Below are positions 40,137 through 51,300 of a DNA stretch of 64,000 bases, piece after piece; the stretch's first letter is position 1, and each line of letters begins with the position of its first letter. The notes under the pieces were generated by a model, which worked only from the letters and a program-made list of their open reading frames with translations, was not told the DNA's origin and did no database searches. The DNA is taken from contig CM102288.1 of NCBI GenBank assembly GCA_046563655.1, forward strand, positions 3,720,001 to 3,784,000. The letters run 5' to 3'. Source of the stretch: Yuukianura sp. NJ FZ-2021 (taxonomy: Eukaryota). A program made the translations under genes and the position numbers.

Positions 40137-40340
40137 AACACTGCGGTGTTGCCACATTCCCTTAAAATACGTCGTTGTTGCCACATTCCCTTAAAATACG
40201 TCGTCGTTGCCACATTCCCTTAAAATACGTCGTTGTTGCCACATTCCCTGAAAACAATGCGGTGTTGCCACATTCCCTGAAAACACTACGGTGTTGCCGC
40301 ATTTCCCGAAACACTGCGATATTGCAACATTTCCAAAAAC
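40137..40340. repeat. 29-bp minisatellite, ~7 copies
   Basis: Unit gttgccacattcccttaaaatacgtcgtt; cores start at 40148, 40177, 40206, 40235, 40264, 40293 and about 40321, degenerating towards the ends. Confidence 0.9.
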
Positions 40341-41061
40341 AATTCACACTTCGGAAGTAATTTTTGCCAAATCTTCATCACTCAAAGCTTGGCATTGACA
40401 AAAACAGCACCTCTAGCTCTGGTGAATTTTTTTTTGTAAAAACAGGTTATTTTTTCTTGAAATTTCTTGTTAAGCTGTAAAAAGATAAGATAATTACTTA
40501 AGTCGAAGCAGTTTAAGTAGTAAAAGAGGTTCGTGATTGAGGTCACAGTGAGTAAATGTGAATGTTTGTGCTGGTAATCTTTGCATAATCCCCATGTGAA
40601 GAGCGTTGAGTGAGATTTTCCAAGTCCTGGAGTCCTGGAAGATCCAAATTGTGGTGGACGGAGACAATCATTTCATCAACATCTAAATCCGTTGACACTT
40701 GACATGGCTCTTCGGAAGGACAGGAGGAACAGGATGGAGTGTCCATGAATAATTGAATCCAATTAAACAAAAAGTATCAAGTGCTTGCATGTTCACTCGA
40801 AGTTGGAAGTATCCAACAAGCGGTCCATTTTCTGTCTCATCTTCCAGAACAGAGACAAAAGAGTTTCAATTTGAGCACACTTTGAATTATTTCTGTTTTT
40901 AATTAACTCCGAGAGTGATTAGAGCTAAAACGTTAAGCTTGGTGAGAAGATTCGAGTGTGGTGGGAATGTCAAGCGTTGTGGCGGCGCAGACTTCGATTT
41001 TTTCTGGACGTTTGTACTGATGCTGTAGGGAACTCCGCTTTTTCTGGAAGTTTCAAGCAAA

Positions 41062-43326
41062 ATGGGCCATTTGGACAAAGATTCAAAAATTGGTGAAAGT
41101 GTGAAATTCCAAGATGTAAGTTTTCCTGCTTGCTTTTAGTTGTCGGCGATTCTGAGTTTTAGTGAGCCTTGCATTTTTTGGTGCGTAGGAAGGTCCAAAG
41201 CAAACGACGGAATGCGCAGACGTCGTCGGCAGAAAGTCGAAGTCTGTCCATGACTTTGAGCAGGTCCTTGACCTCGTGGGGTCAGACACTCGCTACCAAA
41301 AGTTCCTCATCTACCTCTTCGTTTGTCCGTTTTCACTGCTGATGCCTATGTTTGCATTGAATGTCGTTTTCATGCTGGCCGAACCGCATCACTGGTGTCA
41401 CGTTCCGGGAAACGAAGATGGACTGCATTCCGTAGAAGCTTGGAAGGAACTGACTTTGCCCAAGTAAAGAAAAATCGAAATTTCAAAAAACTTTTTTGAA
41501 AATATTTGAAAAGTTACTTCTTCAACGTCTTCCAGAGAAATTGGTCCGGATGGTCACGAGAGATTCAGTCAGTGCTTGATGTTTGACAACAACTCTGCGG
41601 AGATCCCTTGTGCGCATGGGTGGGACTACGATACTTCCAACTACGTCAGCACAATTCCGTCAGCCAATGACTGGGTTTGTGCCAAGTCACATTATGCTGC
41701 GCAAGCATTCACTGCCGGAGCAATCGGAAATGCTGTAGGAGCCCTTGGTTTTGGTTACATTGGTGACAAGTAAGGCTTAAGTCCTGCGAAAAACATAAAA
41801 TTGAATTAGAAACTGAAATTTTGATTTTTTTTTTTGAAATATTACAGATATGGTCGGAAAATTGTTTTTGTGTCGACGATTCTGATCCATCTTGTTGCTC
41901 GTGTCGTCAGTTTGTACACAACTCACCTCTTTACGGTTTTTCTGATCCTCCAGTTCCTCGTCGGCACGAGTTTTCCCATGGTGTACATAGCCGTTTTTGC
42001 AATAATTGCTGAAATCTGTCACAAGGACTTGCGTTCTTGGATCTACGCAGCATCTTGGGTGAGCAGCATCAGCACAAGTCCAAAGTAGAGGTCAAAGGTC
42101 AACCGATTTCTGTTTCAGATTTGCTGGGTGCTGGGCATATCGCTGATGCCTTTGTTCGCTTGGGCCCTTGGTGACTGGTACAGTTTTGGCCTCCTGAGTG
42201 TCGTTCCGCTTCTGATCATCACACTTTACTTCAAAGTGATTCCAGAGTCACCGCGGTGGTACTTGTCAGCAGGGAGGCAGAAGGAGGCTGAAAAAGTGCT
42301 GGTGAGAATTGCCAAGGTCAATGGGACACTGGCCAATATAAAAGATGGAGAGATTGATCACATGCTGACGGAGTTGCGTCGACGCCAAGAGCAGCAGCAG
42401 TTGACAAGTCAAGGGATTTGGACGCTTTTTACTAAAAGACGAGTTGCCATCAGGACGATTCTGCTGAGTATTGTTTGGTAAGGGGTCAAAGGTCACCTAA
42501 AAGACAAAGAAAAGTTAAGTTTTGACGTTTAGGTCAATGAATGCAATGGTTTACTATGGAATTACACTGAACACGACGAGTATGGCGGGAAACCAGTTTT
42601 TGAATTTCTTCATTCTATCGATCATTGAACTTCCGACGGGGTGGCTAGGGGGATACTTGGTTGAAAAAACTGGACGACGCTGGACACAAGTTGTTTTCTT
42701 TACGCTCTGCATGCTGGGATTCCTTCTGGCCACAATCGGAGTTCGCATTGAGTCACACCTCTTTACAATCCTGGCGCTGATTTTGTCCAAGTAAGTTTTC
42801 TTCAGCGATTCAGCGCAGACGCAGTGTCCAGAGTGACAAGACATCTTAAACTTTCAGGTTCTCCGTGGCCATAACTTCCTTTGTTGTGACGCTTCAAGCG
42901 ATGGAGGTATTTCCTACACCACTTCGGTCCAATGGCTCTGGATTTGCAAGTACTGTTGGCTCCATTACGGCAATTGCTTCGCCCATCATCGTCTACTTGG
43001 TGAGAATTCTAGAAAAACCAAAACAAAAATTTCAAAAACTTTTTTTTTTGGAAACCGTCTTTTTCAAAATTTTACTTTATTACCAGGGAAAAATCCACGT
43101 TTTGATTCCATATTTGAGCTTGGCTTTGGTGTCAGCCATTGGCATCGTGTCATCCGCCCTTCTTCCAGAAACGTTTGGTCAAAGTTTGCCTGAAACACTC
43201 GAAGATGCAAACAATTTAGGGAAAAATGCAAAATTTTGGAGCTGGCTACCCACAGACTACAAACCTAAACGCAGACGAAGTTCAATTTTTACCGAAATTT
43301 CAGAATTTGCAAACTCTATTCTCTAG
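41062..43326 (+). CDS. SLC22-family organic cation transporter (MFS), multi-exon
   Basis: Exon 41062-41115 (MGHLDK...) splices to 41189 (...HDFEQVLDLVG). Later motifs: PHHWCHVP, C..GWDYD, DWVC, GYIGDKYGRK, IPESPRWY, YYGITLN, GRRWT, EVFPTPLRSNG and LPET.G..LPETLED. Confidence 0.9.
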
Positions 43327-43399
43327 GAAAACTCTAAAAACTAAAAAGTACAATTTCAAAAAAGTTTAAAAAACTAAGGTTGAGGTAAACTTTAACTAT

Positions 43400-43544
43400 C
43401 GTCATTGTACCCACCCAGCAGCGTACCAACTCCGGGCAACTTTTGTGGCTACAAAATGCTACCTAAAGTGGTAAAATAAGTTGCCACATAGTGTAGCCAC
43501 CCATTGCAGCCGCAAAGTGACTACACTGTGTGGCTACAATGACG
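43400..43544. mobile_element. Putative MITE/foldback element (~145 bp) with 15-bp terminal inverted repeats
   Basis: Left end cgtcattgtacccac versus the reverse complement of the right end (gtggctacaatgacg -> cgtcattgtagccac): 14/15 identical. Internal GTAGCCAC-like motifs alternate in orientation. TTAA lies 4 nt outside each TIR. Confidence 0.5.
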
Positions 43545-44655
43545 GTCCTTAAACCTTACCCAAATCCAAAAATTTAGACCAGTTTGTTTTTTGATTTTGA
43601 GTTTATTTCCCTTGTAAACTACAATTAAAATTAAACTTTAAATAAAGTATCCATCAAAAGTAATTAATACACCTTATTATTACAAATTTATTTACCACCA
43701 TGTTAACTCTGTGTTTCAGCTTAAAATAAAATCGGAGTTTTTGGAAATAACTAAAACCTAAAAACTCTTTTTAGTCACTTCGCTTGAACTTAAAAAACAA
43801 TTTCAAAGTTGTGTTTTAAAATTCAAAGTAAATTGATTTCCTAAAAAGAGTTTCCTTGTTTAGAACAAGAGAAAACAAATATATATTGGAATTCTCTCTC
43901 ATAAAAGTTATTCTTTGCACTTTGAAATATTTCTACGGTAGGTCAACGGTGTCAAAGGTCAAGAGGTCAAAATCAAGAGAAAAAATTAATTTTTGAGAGT
44001 GAATAGTTTATATGTACAATTTTATGTAAACCCTAATTATTTCGTTCAGTTAATTAATTTTTACTAAACTTCTGTACAAAATTGAATTTAATTCTGTTGT
44101 AACTTTAATTAATTAATTAATGTGTGTTAATGTGTGTCCCTCACATAACAAAAACTTTTACTCCAAAAATCCCAAAAAGGTTCCCCTCACTTTACTTTTA
44201 CCCCTTGAAAATTTTTGGAAAAACTCACAAAGTAAAACATTTCGAAAATTCCTACAACATTTCTACACTTTTTGATAAGTTTTTAGTTACAACTAACAAG
44301 TAAATTGGCTTTTTAGGAAAATGTACACTTTTTGCGAAGTTCAATTTGTCACACACTTCCAATAAATTTTCAAAGTGAAGTTTTTAACAGGTCAGGTGAC
44401 AAAAATAAGGTCATCGATGGATGATATTTTTAACAAATGACTATTTCAGCAGTGACATAAAAGACTCCTCTCCCGATTACACTTTTTCTATTTTCTGCGC
44501 AGCACTTCCACCACAACTAACCTTATTTCTGGGGTAATTTTTTAAATTTTATGTTTTTTCTTACAAATTAGAACCTACTAAAATTAAGAGGAAATCAGAA
44601 GAGACTTCCTTATTTTTGGAAAGAAACTGAAGGTGTAGTGTCTAGTACTTCTACC

Positions 44656-46737
44656 TTACTCTGCTTTGGATTCAGCTTCGGCTGGAGCCGGTGGTGCAGC
44701 GGTGGCGGCAGGAGAGGGATCAGCCACATTTGTGTCCGGAGTGTCCTTATCTTTAGTACTTTCTGATGATTCTACAGTTGACGGGGTTGGTTCTCCTTTG
44801 GTAGGGGAAGGAGCGACAACGTCGCTATCGCCTGACGTCTCTTTGCTGGCCGTTGATGAAGTTAAAGCTGGTGACACATCAGAGGATTTCGGAGCTTCCT
44901 CTGATTTTGAACTGTCGGTTGCATCACTTTCCTTTTCTTTTGCAGGGCTTGACTCCTTGGCCACTTCGGCTTCTGCTTCTGGTGTCTCTTCGGCTGGTTT
45001 TTTGTCACCGTTCGATTCTTCAACCTAAAAAAAATTTCGATTCAGAAACATCAATGCTTAAAATTCTTGTCAAAACAAGGGCACAAAGTTCTTAGAAGGG
45101 CCCGTCGATATTTTTAACTCCGAGAAACGAGACTAATCGAGACATCAATTATCATTGTTCCCCCAAAATCATGATAAGTAGCCACGTACCTTATCTTTTG
45201 CACTTGAGTCACTCTCTGCCTCCGCTTTCTTCGATGGAGATTCAGGAGTAACTTTAGCAGTGTCGTTGACTTTTGGTTCCTTTGACTCCTCCTTGTCGCC
45301 CTTTGCTCCTTCTTCCTCATCTACTTCCATCTTCTCATCTTTGTCCTTATCGTTTACTTCAACATCTTTGTCTTTTGCAGACTCCTCAACATGATTCCCA
45401 TCACCTTCACCTTCTGCGTCCTCTTCACTATGGTCTTCAACGTTAGTCTCAGACTTCTTTGGTCTTCCTCTTCCACGACCGCCGCCGCGCCGTGCTGGAG
45501 TCACTTTGGCCTTCTTTGGAGGTGGACTGGCTTTCTTCTTTGGCTCACTCTTCTTCTCTACGGCTTTTTCAACAGCCTTGTCAGGTGATTCAGCTGAATT
45601 ATTTGTTGGTGAAGCCGATGTAGAGCCGGATCGTCGTTCTCGCTTTGCTGGAACACGCGGAGGAGGTGTAGCCGGCAAGGATCCTACACTACCACGAGCT
45701 GATGACCGAGTCGTTCTTCGTCCACTACTGCCTTCCTCTTCCTTATGTCCCAGTTGCTGTGAAGTAACAAAAATGTTTATGTATAACCGAGTGACAACAA
45801 GTTTAATTGAGTTGACATAGCTTAGAATTAGTTACCTTCAGCAAAGCTTCCCCTTCTTGAACGTCCTTCATTATCCTGGAAATCTTTGGCTTTCCGGCAC
45901 TGGATCTCCTTCCTTTCGCATTTCCTTCTGCCACTGCATCTTTCTGTGAAACCAAAAACAAAAAATGACTCAGCAATTGTTATTTATTGCAAGAGCGAAC
46001 TAACACTCACCATTTCAACCATTTTCAACAACTTAAAAGTGTAAAAAGTAAGTACAGATGCTAAATTTTAATCGAGAAGCTTCTGGCTTGGGTTGTAAAG
46101 TGGAAGTGGCGGGAAATGCCGACAAACCACCACCACACCAAAGTTTTGTCTTCAGTTGGAATTTTCCACGCCCGCAAATGAAGTGAAGAAGATTTACTAA
46201 TGCTTTTGCCTTTGAGAACGACGTGTTAAGTGGAGGCACTTAAACTCAAAAGTTGTACCTGTCTCCCTATCCTCTTTGTAAATCCTAATGAACAAGCCAA
46301 AAAGTAGAGGGAAAAAAGTGAAGCTCATTGACTCCCCGCCTATCTCCTGTCTATACCCCACACAGAAGTGTGTACGCAAAAAACAGTCCGTATCCATGCG
46401 CCATGATGCCTGTTCTTATGCCCCCACAATACTTGAACATATTTAGTCAATTACTGTGATTAATCCATCTAAATCTAAGTATTCTCTTTAAGTGTCCTTT
46501 ATGTAAAAAGTTATGTAAAGTTAACAATCGATTTTTCTAGAAGAGCATAACGATTTGGCGGGGCTTTGGGGGTCTTAGCATATCCATACGTGTTACATGG
46601 AAAAGCAGGAGAGCCGACCCCCCAGAGAATATCCCACTTCAAAATGTTCAAAATTTACCCAAAAAATCGTTGAAACGTACCTGATTTTCTGCTTTTGAAG
46701 TGTTCGACGCACTGGCTTCCGTTTTACTATCCGACAT
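44656..46737 (-). CDS. Low-complexity acidic protein with an AT-hook (GRGRGRPKK); HMGA-like chromatin protein candidate, 4 coding exons
   Basis: Exons 46737-46681 (MSDSKTEAS...), 45943-45836, 45756-45190 and 45024-44656 join in phase 0 through GT-AG introns. Basic N-terminal half (RRTTRSSARG, AT-hook) and a D/E/S-rich tail. Confidence 0.8.
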
Positions 46738-48339
46738 ATTTGAAATTAATCGATTAACGCCTGGATTAACTAAAGTTAGTTGTGATGATGATGAAGGGGA
46801 CGAAAGTCCAAAACAAGAGATGGGTCTCTAAAAATTGAAAATGAGGAGAGAAAAAAAGAGTAACTTTTGGAAAGAGCGGCTTTTGGATGACTATGCTGCG
46901 CTGGTAGTGGTAGGGGGTGAATAAAATGCATGGTTGATGTAAGATTTTACGATAATTATTGTAACCGCATTGCGTAGCCCGTAGCCATAACCACCTTAAG
47001 ACTAACAATACATAGGTGGCTACATTATGTGCCAACTTACCGTAGACTTACAATACACCACACCAAATAAAATATACAAAAAGTAAAATAAAATAAATAG
47101 TAAAATATACAAATACCGTATTTTCTCGCAGATACAGCGTGCGTTATCTGTAAAATATTAAAAACGAAATGAGAAAAAATAATAAATTGTTGGTAAAATT
47201 CGCTAAAAACATTTTAAAATAATTTGTAACCGTGTTTTGACACAGTTTAATCCAAACTAAACGAATTAATCTCGTGCTAAATTAGTTAAATTTGTCGAGT
47301 AAGTCTCCTGCTAGAGTCTGTTCGCGCTAAATTGAAAACGTGTGTACTTTTTTGCAACCTTTCTTTTGATTCTGCTAAGCGAGAGTCAAAGCCGCCGCCA
47401 GCTCCTGAGTATTGTGAACAAAGTTTAGTAATAGGAAGGTTTGCATGTATATTAGTATTAGATAGGATGTGTTATTTGAATGGGGTGTACTAGTTGGAAA
47501 TCTACAGTGCATTGCCGTTTCAGGTTAGGTTTGATAGGTTAAAGTGGCGATCAAAGTTGCCGTCAGTTGTAGCCACAAAAATGAAGTGACCAAACCAGGG
47601 GGTGGCTACTTCTTGGCTACAATAATTGCCGTCAATCCTTGTTGCAACCAAGATCATAGGAAACAAATCCAATTATATCATCTTCCACCCACAACCCACA
47701 TGATTTGCGACCCGCCAGCATTCCAAATTGCCCGCAAAATTACAACAACAACAAAAAAAAAAGTTGATATGCATGACATCTGTCTGAAAATTTCCACTTA
47801 TGAGGCTTGACGTTGACGGCCATGAAATAGCGCGAAAAAAGTCGATTTGAATTTTGCAGCTTTTGTTTACTTTTTTTTGTCATCTGTGGTTTTGTAAATG
47901 ATTAATTGCCTCTGCCTGTATAGTAAATCTCTTATCTCTGTGATCTGCATTCGGGATTTGCAACTTAACGTAATCCTTTCTTTCAATCACGAACTATTAT
48001 AAAGAAAGGTCTGTGGTAGAGGTACGAGCTTTGACATTTGTAGTCTCACTCATTGTTCGTTCAATGTCCAATTTGACGTTTTTTTTTATACAGATGGTGA
48101 CGGTGGTAGTAGTACTACTGCTAATATGAAGGATAGATGCGTGATACCGAAGAAAGGAAACGCAGGAAATCCGAAGGAGAAGGCCAATCAAGGCCGTAGA
48201 AATAATACTAAAAAGAAGTTAAAAGAAATCAAGGGTAACGGGTGAGTGGTAGAATTACTATCCATTAGCCCGGTTCTGGTTTATGAAGTGGAGAGCTGAT
48301 ACTGGCCTTTGATTAGGTCACCGTTAAAGAAGTAAGGAA

Positions 48340-51300
48340 ATGGAGGCGGAGACCATGTCACCTCGGATTCTCAACGAACTGAATGACAATGGTTCGTTTT
48401 CAACCCCTGAGCAAGACGTTAGGGTTGTGGAATCCTTCACAAAAGGAAATGGGTATGCCCCACCAGCGAAAAAACCAAATCCACCGAAACCGATGGAAAA
48501 GTCTAAAGTGAAGCTGGAGTCTGTCAACTATGGTATGAACTTTCCCCTTGATTGACAATTGATTCATTACTACGGGTTTTTAGCCAAATGTCTTGCCGTT
48601 TCAGATTCTACGGAACAAGGAAACTATATTTTTCTCCAAGGAAACCCGCATTCCAGCATTGCGAAACACATGTCAAAGACAAACAAACATCCTATGCAAA
48701 AACCGACTACAAGAACCACAAAAACGGCTGTTGCCACTTCTAACACAAATCGGAAAGGAACTCAAGGGGTAGTGATTAAGCCGAGCATCACTTTATTGCC
48801 ACCAGATAACAAGCACATTCCAGTTTCAAATCACTCCAGTAAGAGTCGTGTCGTCTCTCCTAGCGATAACGCAGTAAGCAGCGGTGGTCCTCCAAAAGTA
48901 GCCAGTTCATATCCAATTCCATCCACACCATCAAGAACCATGAAAAAAGTAGCCAAACCTTCACCGCCTGAAACCAAGCCTCCAGAAAAGGGGCGATACT
49001 ATGATCCTGTCCAAGTTAAGAGTTTCATGGAACAGCAACGAGAAGTCCGGAGGATGAAAGAGCGGAAGGAACAAGAAGAACGTCGGCAGGAAGCTGAAAA
49101 GAAGAAAAGGCAACTTTTGGAATTAGAGAACAAGCGAAAAGATTTGATCTCTAAGACTTCCCGTATATCTCCGAAGCACGATTCAAAAGATGACCATGGA
49201 CCGAGCTTAGCTACTAAGATTTATCGGGCTCGCAAGGCCAAGTCTCCCGGTCCACCAGTACCAATTCCTCCCAGAATTGTCATCAGCGCTGCTCCAACTC
49301 CCAGTCACATCCCAGGTCCAAGTCATCTGCGTCTGCAAACAAACAAAACTAGTAGAACAGTACTGGATGTCAAAAAGAAAATGTCACCGACGGATGTGTC
49401 CAGTGTCCGGGCTGACTCAGATGCCAAGCTCCGGACAAACTTACTACTGCAAGAATTTGAAAGTGTTCTACACAAAGAATGTCTCAAATTGACCAACGGG
49501 GGAAGCAGCAGCCAATCAAAAATCAGTCTCCAGGAACGTTCCCGCTCTTCGTCTCACGAACTTCCAAGTCCCTCGAAGAGTAGCCCAGCTTCGGTCCACC
49601 AATCGGAGAAACGATTTCGAATTCCCGACATGTCAAAAGAATCTACTGAATCATTGGGTGAAAAACGGGAAAAAGCTGCGGTGGTCATTCAATCTGCGTT
49701 TCGGGGATACAAAATCCGTAAAATTTGGCACGAAGTTACGGAACAAAGTTTCAAACGTAATCCACGCCGAATTTCGTTTTATCGTTCCCGCTCTCTCCAG
49801 ACTGCTGATACTGTCCGACGTCGCTTACCTCTACTCTCTCCAGCACATTCACCATGCAGAACATCAGTAACTTCTCTTCGGAACGGTCGTCCAATGGAGA
49901 GTAAATCCAGAACAGCCTTCGGCGTATCTCTAGAAGTTCCTTACATTCCTCCTCCAAGAGGAAGTGGAACCCTTGATTTTGGTCAAAGACCAGCAAGTCC
50001 AAGGCCGTCAAGTCAAAATGATGGCCAGCAGCCAATCGCTGCTTCTTCCAGACTTAGCCTCGGTGGAACTCGCCGCTCGAATCGCTTCGATGAACCTTTC
50101 CCTAAGGAAGCCCTTAAACAATTAGCTCAAAGTCCACTTCCTGGAACCAGTCCAGCCATCAGCGATAGTTTTCTTCGGAGGGAATTTGCTTCCCCGCATA
50201 CTCAAGTCAACATGGCCTTCATTCCTGGAATTTCAGAGTTGCTCAATCCAGCCGTTCCAACATTTTCTATGGTTCTGCAGGAAAAAGTTCGCCTTTTGCA
50301 GGAAATGCATCAAACTTCGGCCAAGAAATCTGGAATTTGTGACGACCTAACGCCAGTGAAGCGATCGACACGTCCATCCAGATCCATGCCTCCTCCTCTA
50401 GCCAGTTTTAACTACGATTCAGACTCTACGAGACATGCGTCAATAGTAGTTTCAGGAGCAAAGAGTTCTACCACAAGCAGCATCGATGCTACCATAACAG
50501 ATGACTATATTGGACCAGGAGCTGAAGCAATGCAAATCGCTTACAATTTGAGAAAAAGTCCACGCAAGTCCACAGATACGAACAGTCAAGGTCTAGAGTC
50601 TGATTCGACAGACTTTGACAACAACAGCACCATTCCGTCGTCTTTTACATTCACAACGGAAACAGAGGAACAAAGTTATGTGACGACAAGAAAACGTCGC
50701 GGTGACGATTTTGAGAAATTGCAAGATCAAAGAGCTCAACAACTTCGAGATCAAAATGCTGCTGAAAGGCAGCGTGGTGAAGGTCAAGTCAAGAAAACTG
50801 GAGGTCAAGTAGAAAAAGATTCTGCACAGCAGTTGACCACTGGAGCGACGGACAAGAAGAAACAATTTCTGCAACTTGCAGCGGAATCTCTGGAGGAAGT
50901 ACGACGAAACGAAGAGATGGAAGTCATTCATTTCCGAGCTGCAAATGCTGCTGCTGCTGCGAATGCTGTTGCTGCTGCAAATGCTGTTGCTGCTGCAAAT
51001 GCTGCAAACGCTGCTGCAATTCAACGAGAAGCAAGTATAGGCAAGAAAGTTGCCGAACTTCAAAATCAAGTTCGCACAATGGATGTTAATGTTTGTTCAA
51101 GTTTGGCCAAATTGATTCCACCGCCGTCACAAATCCAAGATCAGCCAATCCCAGACCACAAGCAGAAAGAAGATGCTGCCAAGACCCTGGAAATTGCCAA
51201 TTTGAATTTACTTGAATTTGCAAAATGTCAAACGGAATCGCTTAAGGCAACGGCAGAAATTCAGCAGTGGTTGGCCGATTTACGGAGTTCCTCGAACGAC

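Noticed and set aside
40137..40340. CRISPR-like periodic repeat
   Set aside because: Head-to-tail units with no unique spacers, no cas genes, and a eukaryotic context.
40543..40770. 75-aa minus-strand ORF (DTPSCSSCPSEEPC...)
   Set aside because: No recognisable family and no convincing splice partners; cannot be supported without expression data.
45025..45189. Possible snoRNA in the 165-nt intron of the AT-hook gene
   Set aside because: Only weak box-like motifs, hairpins too short, and no rRNA complementarity found.
44666..45820. Plus-strand ORFs opposite the AT-hook gene
   Set aside because: Antisense shadows of low-complexity coding exons.
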